Below, one piece after another: positions 1 to 10,747 of a stretch of 64,000 nucleotides of DNA (position 1 is its first letter; each line of letters begins with the position of its first letter). Below the pieces are notes generated by a model. It saw only the letters and a program-made list of their open reading frames with translations. It searched no databases and was not told the origin of the DNA. The position numbers and the translations under genes are program-made. The stretch comes from a virus, in IMG/VR virus record IMGVR_UViG_3300045919_000631, positions 45,281 through 109,280 of that record, one strand, 5' to 3'.

Positions 1-2
1 AT

Positions 3-518
3 ACTCAAGAAGCGTGCATAAAGGGTAAAGATATTCACAGCATTATTGAAGGTTACATAAAAAATGACGCTTATGATATTGAAAACTTATCTTTGATAGA
101 CGAGTTTAAAAAAGTTTTTAACAAGGAAGAATTTAAAGTTTTTCATAGTGAGAAAATCTTGTTCAGTGACGAACATAAAGTAGCCGGCACTTCAGATTGT
201 ATTGCTGATAACATAAAAGGTAATACTTTTGATGTTTACGATTTTAAAACAAATAAAAATTTCCAATTCTTTAATAAATATAATGAGTACCTCTTAAAAC
301 CTCTAGAACATTTACAGAATTGTCATTTCAATGTCTACGCTTTGCAACTATCACTATACGCTTTTTTATATAGTAAAATGTCTGGTAAATCTGTTCGAAA
401 ATTAGCACTTTATTACTATGATGACACTAAGTTCAACTATATTAATGTCCCGTACATGCGTTGGGATATTGCTGTTTTATTAAAACATTATGGATCCAAT
501 CATCCTGAAAAAAGTTAA
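3..518 (+). CDS. PD-(D/E)XK Cas4-like exonuclease, 5'-truncated
   Basis: Frame is open from position 3 (TQEACIKGKDIHSIIE), so the start lies before the window; motifs GxxIH, VAGTSDCI, VYDFKT, YALQLSLY. Confidence 0.8.
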   Translation, partial: TQEACIKGKDIHSIIEGYIKNDAYDIENLSLIDEFKKVFNKEEFKVFHSEKILFSDEHKVAGTSDCIADNIKGNTFDVYDFKTNKNFQFFNKYNEYLLKPLEHLQNCHFNVYALQLSLYAFLYSKMSGKSVRKLALYYYDDTKFNYINVPYMRWDIAVLLKHYGSNHPEKS

Positions 519-756
519 GACGCTTTTGATGACTTGCACTGCTGATAATTGCAGCAGCGTTAAAAGCAAATTGATGACAATATTAAAACCAACTGAGGCT
601 GACTTAATGTATATTCATTTTTTGGATATTGAGCCTCATTTCATCAAAGAAACCTGCAAGATACCTGCATCTCAGGTAATTCCTCAATTTAACGATTACT
701 TTCAATCGAGCAATCCTGTGACATATTTGTATGTTGATGACTACTTAGAGACCTGA
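490..756 (+). CDS. hypothetical protein
   Basis: 88-aa ORF overlapping the upstream stop; no motif recognised. Confidence 0.55.
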   Translation: MDPIILKKVKTLLMTCTADNCSSVKSKLMTILKPTEADLMYIHFLDIEPHFIKETCKIPASQVIPQFNDYFQSSNPVTYLYVDDYLET

Positions 757-765
757 TAACGTAAT

Positions 766-771
766 TAAATA
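766..771 (+). promoter_or_regulatory. late promoter core (TAAATA)
   Basis: TAAATA 5 nt before the GTG at 777; resembles T4 late consensus TATAAATA; gp55 is encoded in the window. Confidence 0.7.
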
Positions 772-776
772 ATCTT

Positions 777-3700
777 GTGCTATCAGGGTTAAATACATTA
801 AGTCCAGTATCATTTAATTACAATAACGACAGCGATTTATCTGTAAATCAGACGCCTTTTGCTACACAACAGGGGCTTAATCTCAATTTTGTAAGCCTTT
901 TAAGTTCGTGTCGAGACGAAGCTGTGTTAAATTATTCAAACACATTTTTATCCGACTTAATTGATATAAACGATTGCATGCAAATTGCAGCAAAGCAATC
1001 TATCCCCTTACGGTTTTCGACATATTTTGCATTTAACTCTTACCCATCAATTAATATAGCATCAAGCTATTTGCAAATTATTTCAAATCCTGGCAATATC
1101 TCAGCTTTAACGTTTGTCAACACGTTATGCGACTCATTAAATTCATATTTTGTATTTAGCGACGTTGATGGTATATCTTGCAAAATAAGCACAATAGATA
1201 ACTCTATTACTAAGTTTTTGACTGTCGACCCAGCAACAAGTGCTTGCATTTTTTCCGTTGAAACATCAGCAATAACAGCTATTAGTTCTAATCGATTTGA
1301 GTATGCATTAGATAATAGTGGATTCTTAAAACTTTTTTATAGAGGTGCTGGGACTCTTTGCACTGTATCTAAAGTTAATAACAGTCTTAGCGCTGTGCCC
1401 ATTGCTGTTATAAATCCGTTTAGTACAATTCTTACAACTTCATATAAACCAGTAACGCCTCCAAATATAAGAAATAACTTTGTTTATTATGATGGGATTA
1501 AAAACTTTAAAGTAAATTCTGCAAAATCAATTTCAACTCAACAGAATTACGCCGCGCATTACGAGCATGAGAGCCAGAGTAATTTTCAAAATAGTGTGTC
1601 AGCTGGTATCGATTTTTTTAAATTAAAAAACACTCTAAGCGATAATTATTGGATTAATGATACTTTGCCTTTTGATAAAAAAACAGTTCAAAGAAGATAC
1701 TCAAACATTTTATCAAAGCAAAATAGTGAAAAATTTGCGGCGGATTTGCAATTTAACTACGCTTACTACACAAAAGAGTATTATTTTGCTCCAGATATAA
1801 CAACTAAATTTACTTTACCTGACTCCTTATACCCATACCTGAATATTAATATTAATGATAGCAGCCTTGCATTGGCAGGATCATATGGTGGTATGTCTCC
1901 TGTATTTTCTGATAAAATTTTTAAGCAAAATGATGTCAATTTAAACTTGACAGATTTTAATAATTCAAACGGTCTGTATTTATTTTCATGGTTATATACA
2001 AGCAGTAATCAGCTCACCTCATATTGGGTTGATAGATATTATTACCCAAAAAGCACCTCACTGACAAATGCTTACACAGGTGCTTCATATCAAATTTTCT
2101 CTTACGTATCTGATTTATCTGCATATTTGTCTCTCAATAGTGTAAGCAATTTTCTATACTATGATATTAAGAGTTCGCAGGTATTAGAGCCTCTGGCAAC
2201 TTATTATTATTCAAGAATAGGATCAAATTACATCGAAAAGGTAGTTAGTAAATTTGCAACTGCCTTAAGTTCGTTAGATTCAAGTTACTTCACGATTAGT
2301 AACCCAAGTAACGCGTTCTCGGTTGCATTTAACTTAAATTGCGACCGTATCAGCAACGTTAAGACACCTTTATTAGTTGGTAATAACTTTGATGAAGGAG
2401 TTAGTGTATATAAAGGCGGAACTGAAAACATTTTCACTCCAGGCTATTTTATATCAACTGATAAGCTTATTAATTTTTATGATATTGATGATGCCTTAAC
2501 GTTTACATTAAACTTAAGCACATATGTTGGTAGCTCCGTAAAGATATTGGATGTAGTAAATACTGGATTTGACCATCCACAGAAAGTGTTTTATGTTAAT
2601 ACAGCAAATAGCTATCCAGGATTTATTGATTTTAGTCTTGATGGTAAAGTACTAAACAAAGTCGAGTTTTCAAACCTTGCTAATAAATTTGATGCAGGTA
2701 TAAGTGGAAAAACGTATATCGGTAATGCCAATATAATTTACTACAACACAAATGGAGCACTTACTAGCGCTTATAATTTTGATTATATCAATAATACTCA
2801 CGATTTAGGTACAGTATATGCTAACCCAAGCGGTTGCTTTGTATCTTTTAACAGCTCTCTTTGCGCGTTATCAGGCACACACGGTGTTGTTTTTGGTAAA
2901 TATGGTGTATCTAAAGCAAATAACGTGATTTATTTTAGAAATTTAGCAACAGGTATATATTCTGAATACGTTGCTTTAAGTACATCAAATGCTGTATTTG
3001 ACTTACAGTCTTATAACAACTTGTTGTATGTGCAAACTAATACAAAAGTATCAGCTATTGATTCTCTTAAAAACGTTGTAAGCACGTTTTATCTAAACAC
3101 GAGTGCTGTATCTGGGCTTGCAATTGATTTTATTAACAAAGATTTTTCTACAAAATTGCTAAGCTATTCTGTAGATATTAGTGGTCGCATTATTGTCGAT
3201 ACGTTTAATATTGATACCACAAAATTGGAGTCAACGTTTGCAACTAACTTAACTGCAATCTCTTCACAGTATCAAGAGATTGCAAATAATATCAACACAC
3301 AATTATTCACTCCAGTAAATTTCACAACTATTAATAGCATTAATAAATTTGATACTAATGATATCATTGTGCGTGCTGATTTATTTTCTGGAAATAATTA
3401 CAAGAATAAAACAACTCAAATAATTGGAAGCAGTATGACCAGCAATCAGCGTTTATTACTATCATTTGACCCGACAAATGGTATAATAAAATTGTATATT
3501 GATGGTGTGCTCACTAATTTTGCTTCAATTTCAGCTAATACATTTTTGAATAGTTACTTTCTTGCAAATACTTTCGGAGTTGGTGTACCATACATTGGAA
3601 ATATACCAGTGACTAGTTTAATTGCTTCTTGTAGTTGTGCTCCTATGGACTATCAATTAGCAAATTTTAAAGTGTATAACAATGCTTTAACTGATGATGA

Positions 3701-3974
3701 AGCAAAATTTGACTCACTATTGAATAAGCGTATTCAAGGCATAAATTTTGACGTACCACAAGGCACGCGCAATAATACAGATTCTATAGCATCATTTAAT
3801 AAATTCTTAATACCAGGCCGCAAAAATAACAACATAAAAGTGTATATCAAAAATTTGAATCTTAGTCAAGCATCGCAATTACAGCTTATCTCTCTTTTAC
3901 AGAGCAAGTTAGTTGATGTTTTACCAGCTAATACCAATAACGTAGAGTTTGATTTTTCAATAAACAATGAGTGA
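777..3974 (+). CDS. large virion structural protein, possible C-terminal LamG/ConA-like domain
   Basis: 1065 aa, S/N/T-rich; C-terminal GIIKLYIDG...NFKVYNNALTDDE resembles a LamG signature; late promoter. Confidence 0.6.
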   Translation: MLSGLNTLSPVSFNYNNDSDLSVNQTPFATQQGLNLNFVSLLSSCRDEAVLNYSNTFLSDLIDINDCMQIAAKQSIPLRFSTYFAFNSYPSINIASSYLQIISNPGNISALTFVNTLCDSLNSYFVFSDVDGISCKISTIDNSITKFLTVDPATSACIFSVETSAITAISSNRFEYALDNSGFLKLFYRGAGTLCTVSKVNNSLSAVPIAVINPFSTILTTSYKPVTPPNIRNNFVYYDGIKNFKVNSAKSISTQQNYAAHYEHESQSNFQNSVSAGIDFFKLKNTLSDNYWINDTLPFDKKTVQRRYSNILSKQNSEKFAADLQFNYAYYTKEYYFAPDITTKFTLPDSLYPYLNININDSSLALAGSYGGMSPVFSDKIFKQNDVNLNLTDFNNSNGLYLFSWLYTSSNQLTSYWVDRYYYPKSTSLTNAYTGASYQIFSYVSDLSAYLSLNSVSNFLYYDIKSSQVLEPLATYYYSRIGSNYIEKVVSKFATALSSLDSSYFTISNPSNAFSVAFNLNCDRISNVKTPLLVGNNFDEGVSVYKGGTENIFTPGYFISTDKLINFYDIDDALTFTLNLSTYVGSSVKILDVVNTGFDHPQKVFYVNTANSYPGFIDFSLDGKVLNKVEFSNLANKFDAGISGKTYIGNANIIYYNTNGALTSAYNFDYINNTHDLGTVYANPSGCFVSFNSSLCALSGTHGVVFGKYGVSKANNVIYFRNLATGIYSEYVALSTSNAVFDLQSYNNLLYVQTNTKVSAIDSLKNVVSTFYLNTSAVSGLAIDFINKDFSTKLLSYSVDISGRIIVDTFNIDTTKLESTFATNLTAISSQYQEIANNINTQLFTPVNFTTINSINKFDTNDIIVRADLFSGNNYKNKTTQIIGSSMTSNQRLLLSFDPTNGIIKLYIDGVLTNFASISANTFLNSYFLANTFGVGVPYIGNIPVTSLIASCSCAPMDYQLANFKVYNNALTDDEAKFDSLLNKRIQGINFDVPQGTRNNTDSIASFNKFLIPGRKNNNIKVYIKNLNLSQASQLQLISLLQSKLVDVLPANTNNVEFDFSINNE

Positions 3975-5424
3975 TATAAAAAAATATGAATTCAGTGACG
4001 GTTCTCTGTTTACGTTAACGGGCTCTAATTATATTGGGTACTTTAATATAACTGATAATGTTGCGTACGCTGGCAAATACACTCAAGATGTTGCATTAGC
4101 TAACAAAAGCAATGTTAAAACAGCAGTGACAATTTCTGATAAGTTTTTTAATAGATTAATCAATCAAAACATATCCTTGTCGTATAGCTTATCTGATTTT
4201 GTCTTTTATCCTGGAGAACTTCTTAACAAAAACTCAATCAATGTTAAATTAGAATATGCTTTCGAAAATTTTATTGATGTATACAGAGCCTGTTTTATGG
4301 CTTCATCAAATTTACCTTATAGTTTTCAAAATTTTGCAGCTTTATCGTCAACAAGTGGTGGACTTAGTATTGTTTGGGCAAACTCCGCAACGAGTTTTGC
4401 AGCAGGATTTTCCGCCTTAAGTGCTTTATATCCACAAATTCAATCATCTAGCCGTATTTGCTACGCTCCTAACAAATACTCAACAAATAAGACTCTAATT
4501 GTTGCAAATTCAGCATCACTTCATGTTTTTAAAGTTAATCAAAGCCAAAACACTTTCACGTTCGTATTTTCTTCAGCGTTTGTCGCAACTAATAATAGTC
4601 TTGACTATAATCAACTAACGTTTAAAAATATCACAAGCATAGCCCGTGATGGAAATTCTTTTTACGTTTGCGATGCTGGCAATGCAATTGTATATGCTTA
4701 TGATATTTCTGATGTCTTAGCTGAAGACCGTGCACTTGGCAAACAATTTAATCTCAAAAATTCAATAAATCATAACGCTTTGCTTATTCAGCCAACTATA
4801 GTTGAAGCATCAGAAAATTATGTGTTTGTGTATGATAGCTCTTCTAATTTAGTTTATTTTTATGATGCTAATTTTAATCATATTAATACGTATCGAAATT
4901 CAAAGTTTTTTAGCAAACATCCTGTTGTAGATTTGACTTACTATAAGCCATATAATCAACTATTTGCACTTACTCAAGATTTCAATATTGCTAAGATCAA
5001 TCTAGATACAAGCTCAACAATTGTTGCTCTTAATACTGCCTATACCGTATCCGGAGAGCTTGCTAAAAAGATTATATTTTCAAACTCTAATTCAGATGTG
5101 TTTTACTTGATGACGAACTCGTCTTTATATAAAAAGTTTGTATCAAACCCAGAACCAAACATCGGGTCTTTCTTTTTTAATTACAAATACGACACTGATC
5201 AAACTGCTGTATATTGGGATACATATTCTGTTAATTGGAGCGCGGCTAATATTAACTGGGATTACGGTCCAAAATCGGCATCTTTTAGTTCAGCCTCAGC
5301 AGTAAATATATACGACATTGATACCTTCAATTCTGATTTAAGTTCTGATGATATCATGCTATATGCATTCAATTCATTTTTGAACTATAATGAGATTACA
5401 GTATTTAACTCAATTTTAAAATAA
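3967..5424 (+). CDS. putative virion protein with beta-propeller-like repeats
   Basis: 485 aa; FYVCDAGNAIVYAYD and VFVYDSSSNLVYFYD resemble NHL/propeller blades; coupled to upstream gene. Confidence 0.55.
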   Translation: MSDIKKYEFSDGSLFTLTGSNYIGYFNITDNVAYAGKYTQDVALANKSNVKTAVTISDKFFNRLINQNISLSYSLSDFVFYPGELLNKNSINVKLEYAFENFIDVYRACFMASSNLPYSFQNFAALSSTSGGLSIVWANSATSFAAGFSALSALYPQIQSSSRICYAPNKYSTNKTLIVANSASLHVFKVNQSQNTFTFVFSSAFVATNNSLDYNQLTFKNITSIARDGNSFYVCDAGNAIVYAYDISDVLAEDRALGKQFNLKNSINHNALLIQPTIVEASENYVFVYDSSSNLVYFYDANFNHINTYRNSKFFSKHPVVDLTYYKPYNQLFALTQDFNIAKINLDTSSTIVALNTAYTVSGELAKKIIFSNSNSDVFYLMTNSSLYKKFVSNPEPNIGSFFFNYKYDTDQTAVYWDTYSVNWSAANINWDYGPKSASFSSASAVNIYDIDTFNSDLSSDDIMLYAFNSFLNYNEITVFNSILK

Positions 5425-5864
5425 TGGCTGACGTTTTTACAGTTCCAACAAACACCTCAACAGTAAATTTCGATATTTACCCGAGAACATCTGTTCAAAT
5501 ATCTAATTCAACAGACACAAGTGATGAGTATGTTAATACGGTTATTATTAATAAATCTCTTGCAAAGCTTTTATTGAATTATTCAGTGCTTATATCATAT
5601 TTTAACTATAAATTTACTGGTATATATACTCCTGGGACTGTGATTGTATCATCAGATATTAAGCCGTTATCTACACCACAAAAGCTGTCAATTGCAACAA
5701 TAATAGATGATAATTTCTTTGTGGGGATAAATGAAAAAACAGCTCCGCAAGTATTAACAAGAATATTTTCATCTCTGTTACAAGCTAACTCAGCAATATT
5801 ACAACAAACAAACATCGAGATATCAAATCTCGATGATGCACTGAAAGTCGTTACAGCACTATAA
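5424..5864 (+). CDS. putative virion protein
   Basis: 146 aa, TAATG overlap within the structural operon. Confidence 0.55.
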   Translation: MADVFTVPTNTSTVNFDIYPRTSVQISNSTDTSDEYVNTVIINKSLAKLLLNYSVLISYFNYKFTGIYTPGTVIVSSDIKPLSTPQKLSIATIIDDNFFVGINEKTAPQVLTRIFSSLLQANSAILQQTNIEISNLDDALKVVTAL

Positions 5865-5879
5865 AGAATAAATAATTTT

Positions 5880-6536
5880 ATGGCTCTTCCTAATTTAGCA
5901 GGTAATGCAATTAACACTTCATATGTTGGTGTATTGCACGTTAATGGTGCTAGTCCTTCAGCAATACCAGCTAGTGGCGTCACTGTTGTTTCTGATGGTA
6001 ATGGTAATTCAAGCTCTCTCAGTGTTGGTCGAGCTGGTAACGGAGCGACCGTAACCGGGACATTTATTGCAAACGGCTTAACATTTCCAGGATCTGGTGG
6101 TGGTGTAACAACTTTAGTTGATCTAATTTATCCGGTTGGTTCTATATACCTATCAGTGGCAGCAACAAATCCAGGAACGTATTTTACTGGCACGACATGG
6201 ATTGCTATCGCGCAAGGTAAAATGTTAATGGGCACAGGAACTGGCACAGATAAAAACGGCAACACTTTTACGGGATTGTCTGGTGATGATGTGTTAACTG
6301 GTGAATATACTCATCAATTAACGACAGGTGAAATGCCTGCTCACTCACATCAATTGAACACATTAGGTTTAGGGCAAGCAGATGGTAATACAACAAATGC
6401 GGATCAGGGTGTTCTTTTTAATTCTATTGGCATTTCGGGGGCTTCATCCAATTCAACAGGATCTGCTGGTGGTGCACTTGCTCACAATAATATTCCACCA
6501 TATTTTGGCGTTAATATCTGGCAACGAACAGCATGA
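5880..6536 (+). CDS. baseplate/short-fibre protein with gp10 C-terminal-like (tail-collar-like) domain
   Basis: LIYPVGSIYLS..NPG..WIAIAQG..GEYTHQLTTGEMPAHSH..HNNIPPYFGVNIWQRTA; TAAATA at 5869. Confidence 0.8.
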   Translation: MALPNLAGNAINTSYVGVLHVNGASPSAIPASGVTVVSDGNGNSSSLSVGRAGNGATVTGTFIANGLTFPGSGGGVTTLVDLIYPVGSIYLSVAATNPGTYFTGTTWIAIAQGKMLMGTGTGTDKNGNTFTGLSGDDVLTGEYTHQLTTGEMPAHSHQLNTLGLGQADGNTTNADQGVLFNSIGISGASSNSTGSAGGALAHNNIPPYFGVNIWQRTA

Positions 6537-7900
6537 GCTACAATGTTATCATTTTTGCATCATTTCCTTCAACTATATTTGTCGACCCTCAGCAAGAGCT
6601 CGCCAATTATGGTAGCGTAAGCCATTATTTTAATTTACAACCAGCGTTTCAGACGGCAACAATTGTGCCGCATAATGTAGCATCCATAACATCGCTAAAT
6701 ATAACGAGCAACGGTGTTGATGACGGTAACTTTGATATTTTTCCTATAAAATATGCAAATGAAGATATTAACTTTGTTGTAAAACTTAAAGATATCAAAG
6801 GCTTTGATGTAAAGGACTATAAATTGCTGCCTTTAAGTAGTTTTACTTTTTCTCTTAGTTCTTCCGTAGGTGCAAATCTTTCGTCTGCATCTTTTCAGAA
6901 CAATATTGGAACCTTAAGCTCGTTAACGCAGGGTGGTTTCTTCAAAGGTCTACTTACATGTCCAGTCACTGCAAATAACGTTAAGATAAAAGCTATCTAC
7001 AATGACGGAATTATTAATTTAACTGGATCATCAGCTACATTTTCAATTTATAGTAGTGGCGGCCTTTATCAGCTGCGGAAAGTTAATGAAGATTTTGATC
7101 AAGCTAACGCTTTTAAGTATTTAGCCACACAGCCTGCGTTAATTGATAGACCTATGCTAATGGATCAGTTTCTCGGTCAAATAGTTGGCACTGCGACTGC
7201 TAATCCAAATACACTTGGTATTGAGGTGTATGAAAAAATTTCAAACTTTGTATCTAACTTAGAAGATATTGAGTATTGCAATGTTGATGCATTGAAGTCA
7301 TTGCTTGATTCAGTTAATGTCCCTTATGAAAACTTTGATTATGATTTACCGCCAAGTTTTAAACGCTTAGTTGATATATTATCTGTTAAGCACAAGCTAA
7401 TATTTGGGCAATCAAATCAATATCAAGGCAATTACAATCCAAAAGGGTTTGTTAATAGCGCGATATATGGATTAAACAGAGGCACTCAGTTAAATATCAA
7501 TAGCGCAATTTTATCTAGTGGAAGTCTTGCACAGTATATTTTAACTCATGAAAAATTTAGTGACACATATAACCTCGTTAGTACAGACCTTACAGGTATT
7601 TCTGGGGTACCATATATTCACGATACTGCCTATCCTCTCAGCGCTGTCTCTACTAATTGGGGCTGGTCCTTGGTACTTCCCGGAACTGTATCCGGAACAG
7701 GAGTGTCAAAATACTACGACTTCTACAAATATACCCCAGCTGTAGAGGGAACACTTCTGCAGAAATTTCTAGATTTTGATAATAGCAATAACACTCTGTT
7801 ACAAACAAACAGCACAATTAACGAGTTCACCAGACAAGGTGGTATTATAGACAACGTTTTGCTGCATAACATATACACAAACCTTGAAATATTGTCTTAA
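6533..7900 (+). CDS. putative baseplate/virion structural protein
   Basis: 455 aa, ATGA-coupled, structural-type composition. Confidence 0.55.
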   Translation: MSYNVIIFASFPSTIFVDPQQELANYGSVSHYFNLQPAFQTATIVPHNVASITSLNITSNGVDDGNFDIFPIKYANEDINFVVKLKDIKGFDVKDYKLLPLSSFTFSLSSSVGANLSSASFQNNIGTLSSLTQGGFFKGLLTCPVTANNVKIKAIYNDGIINLTGSSATFSIYSSGGLYQLRKVNEDFDQANAFKYLATQPALIDRPMLMDQFLGQIVGTATANPNTLGIEVYEKISNFVSNLEDIEYCNVDALKSLLDSVNVPYENFDYDLPPSFKRLVDILSVKHKLIFGQSNQYQGNYNPKGFVNSAIYGLNRGTQLNINSAILSSGSLAQYILTHEKFSDTYNLVSTDLTGISGVPYIHDTAYPLSAVSTNWGWSLVLPGTVSGTGVSKYYDFYKYTPAVEGTLLQKFLDFDNSNNTLLQTNSTINEFTRQGGIIDNVLLHNIYTNLEILS

Positions 7901-7908
7901 ATATTGTA

Positions 7909-10275
7909 ATGCTACTCACATCAAATAGATACTCAATCATTACTGTGCTTAATAGTGTAACAAACACTATTAATGATGATAAGTTTGATGCAAGAGTTCC
8001 TTTTTCATTTTTAGAGTTTCTTAACTACTCTAAAGCGCTAGATAACCACTTGATAAATCTGTCTGATTATCAAGATTACCTCAAAAAATGGAACGGGGTT
8101 ACTAATAATACGCAAAATGATTTACCGACACAAGTGCGTGAGCAGTTTATTGTTTTTTTAAAAACTGTCGCACTTAACTACACAACTTCGGAAGAAAAGA
8201 GATATCTATCAAATATTGATTACTCATCAAATGATGATCTTGAGATTGCTACCCCGTTCTTTGTTAACAAAGTAAAACAAGTAATTTTGTATTTTGCTGA
8301 TAAACGAGATACTTTTAAACAAACTCTAGCTATTGCAGCAAATAAAGGAACCAATCACGGAACTGAAGAGTTTATTCGAGCATTTATTATTGATAATTTT
8401 ATCGGTAATGAAAGTTCAACGCAATTTACAACTACAGATTCTACATCAGCAATTACTTCAAAACTGCATATTGAGATTGAGGAAGGGTATGATATCAATA
8501 ATGATTATTTTGATTTAGATCCGTATGAGGCACCAGCTTTTTATAATGCAGAGAATGATAGATCTGCGTATTTTTCGTCGAATACTAATAGCATTGACCC
8601 GGAAATTTTTCTTAATGGAGATCAAGCCATAATCAACCTCATAAATTATGAACAAGTTATCCTTGATAGTATACCAACTTTAGCTGTATTAATAAACACT
8701 CCTGATCTAACGTTGCTTGAAAATAGCGACTTCATAGACTATTCTAATCATACTAGATCAAATATTAAACTGCTACTAACAGCAAAACTCATACAAAAAT
8801 TTGTTGGCACTGATTTTTACTATCTTAGCACAAACACATTTGGCGAAACTTTGAGTGGACGTTTATTTGAAGCAACCTCACCGTACGCAAATTTATTAAA
8901 CTTACATTATCCATCAACATTAACAGTTCCTGCAAGTGCTACTTTATATGACCGTGATGTGGGTTTATTTTATCGGCCTTCTATTCAGAACATTTATTCA
9001 CTGCAGACCCCGTTTTCATATTCACTAAAATCATCTTTATGTGCTAACAGTGTGTACGTGTTTCCGGACCCTTCGAAATATGGAAACGTTTCTGGGGTTA
9101 GTAAGACTACGTTCAATTCACCGTTTTTATACGAACAGCATGGTGAGGATATTCAAAGAAATATTTCTTCAAATAACGCTTATGGCCACTCGTTTGTGAC
9201 TAATAACAATACAACTTTTGAAAGTTATAACTCAAGAGAACAAAACAAATTTAAGAGTGTGGCAAACAAGCTATATAATTCAGGAATAGCTACTACAAAT
9301 GTTTCTGACCCTTTTGGTAATGTTATTGTAGGTTTTAAGCAGCAGAATACTCTATTCATTAATAATTGGACCAATAACGTTAGTCTATCTTCTTGGGGCC
9401 TTGGGCTTTCTGCGTTAAATACAATTCCTTATACGAGTAATATCAAAACTGCAAACACCCTGCCGTTTTTAAATACATCTACAGCTCCGAGTAATATACA
9501 GGGATTAGCAACTCCATTATCTATATACGATGAGCGTGAAACAAATGGTGATTTTTACGTTTTTAATGCTTTATCGAGTCAATTTACTTCTCTCACTGCT
9601 GCTTTTAGTGATGTTCTAACAAAATATCCTACAGAGTCTAATTATATTAGATATGCATTACATAATGTTGAAATATATGATTCTACTTATGTATTCACTA
9701 CATTTGCTTATAAGCTTATAGATCGCATAGATTTTGATGGACAATTTAAAAAATCTCCGAGTGTTCCACTTAGTTTACATGTGTATAGCAATCATTTAGC
9801 AAGTAACGTGTTTAATGTTAGTAAAACTCTCAACGTAGCGACCTATACACTAGTTGATAATGTTTCAGCACAATATAACAACCGTCAATTTACTTTATCA
9901 TTTTATCAATACGACACAAGGCTTAATACTTGGAAGCAGTTGACATTTTTATCAAGTAATGTTTTTCAATATGCTGTTAACTCTAAATTAGACGCAAATA
10001 ATTTAAAGCTATCATATAACAGCCGTCAAGATGTGTATAATATTATTGTCGATTTAAAGGATTTAAATAGAAATATTTTTATACATAACTTGGTTTTAAA
10101 GATTGCTAACGGTCGTGTTGAGATAACAAAAGATATCCTATATGCTTGCACAAATAATAACTGCACGATTAATTTTTATGATGGCAGCAATAGCATTCAA
10201 AACGTTAATATTTTATCAAACGCTTTATCTAGCATACCGTACATAAGTACTTCAAATGGCACTTACCAATTTTAA
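7909..10275 (+). CDS. putative virion structural protein (baseplate wedge-like)
   Basis: 788 aa; TAAATA at 7898; NKGTNHGTEEFIR resembles the KGT motif of wedge gp7-like proteins. Confidence 0.5.
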   Translation: MLLTSNRYSIITVLNSVTNTINDDKFDARVPFSFLEFLNYSKALDNHLINLSDYQDYLKKWNGVTNNTQNDLPTQVREQFIVFLKTVALNYTTSEEKRYLSNIDYSSNDDLEIATPFFVNKVKQVILYFADKRDTFKQTLAIAANKGTNHGTEEFIRAFIIDNFIGNESSTQFTTTDSTSAITSKLHIEIEEGYDINNDYFDLDPYEAPAFYNAENDRSAYFSSNTNSIDPEIFLNGDQAIINLINYEQVILDSIPTLAVLINTPDLTLLENSDFIDYSNHTRSNIKLLLTAKLIQKFVGTDFYYLSTNTFGETLSGRLFEATSPYANLLNLHYPSTLTVPASATLYDRDVGLFYRPSIQNIYSLQTPFSYSLKSSLCANSVYVFPDPSKYGNVSGVSKTTFNSPFLYEQHGEDIQRNISSNNAYGHSFVTNNNTTFESYNSREQNKFKSVANKLYNSGIATTNVSDPFGNVIVGFKQQNTLFINNWTNNVSLSSWGLGLSALNTIPYTSNIKTANTLPFLNTSTAPSNIQGLATPLSIYDERETNGDFYVFNALSSQFTSLTAAFSDVLTKYPTESNYIRYALHNVEIYDSTYVFTTFAYKLIDRIDFDGQFKKSPSVPLSLHVYSNHLASNVFNVSKTLNVATYTLVDNVSAQYNNRQFTLSFYQYDTRLNTWKQLTFLSSNVFQYAVNSKLDANNLKLSYNSRQDVYNIIVDLKDLNRNIFIHNLVLKIANGRVEITKDILYACTNNNCTINFYDGSNSIQNVNILSNALSSIPYISTSNGTYQF

Positions 10276-10747
10276 TACTCTCATCTTAACGTTGTCTTCA
10301 ACACCTCCAGTTGCAAACACTAATGCTATGTTTGTTTTATCTGCTGCAATTCAAGGAATAACTCAGGTTCAACTCAATTACAATCTATTAAGTGCTTTTT
10401 CTTCTAAGATGTACAAAACAACTTTAAATTGGACCTCAAGCGCAACAGCGGCGGTTAACGCGTCTTATGATAACTCAACTTTGCTTCCTTTTAATTCAGC
10501 ATATACCAGCTACGTATATTCTCCATCAACGTCAGGTATAACAACAAAGCAAGCTGCGTTCAGTGTTTACTTTGAAAATGGTGCTATTCACACTTTTCGC
10601 GTTGGTCTCTTTATTTTAGGTGATAGCTTAATTGATCTTGACTTGAATGTCTTGAATGTTCAGAATATTGCTCAGCTTGGCTACAGCGTATTAAACGTCC
10701 AATCCAATAAACAAAACGTTGTTTTTAACGTATCCGATTTACGCTAA
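10256..10747 (+). CDS. putative virion protein
   Basis: 163 aa S/T/N-rich, last gene of the structural operon. Confidence 0.5.
   Translation: MALTNFNTLILTLSSTPPVANTNAMFVLSAAIQGITQVQLNYNLLSAFSSKMYKTTLNWTSSATAAVNASYDNSTLLPFNSAYTSYVYSPSTSGITTKQAAFSVYFENGAIHTFRVGLFILGDSLIDLDLNVLNVQNIAQLGYSVLNVQSNKQNVVFNVSDLR

Noticed and set aside
3-518. CRISPR-Cas adaptation module
   Set aside because: Solo Cas4-like nucleases are common in phages; no cas1/cas2 or array seen
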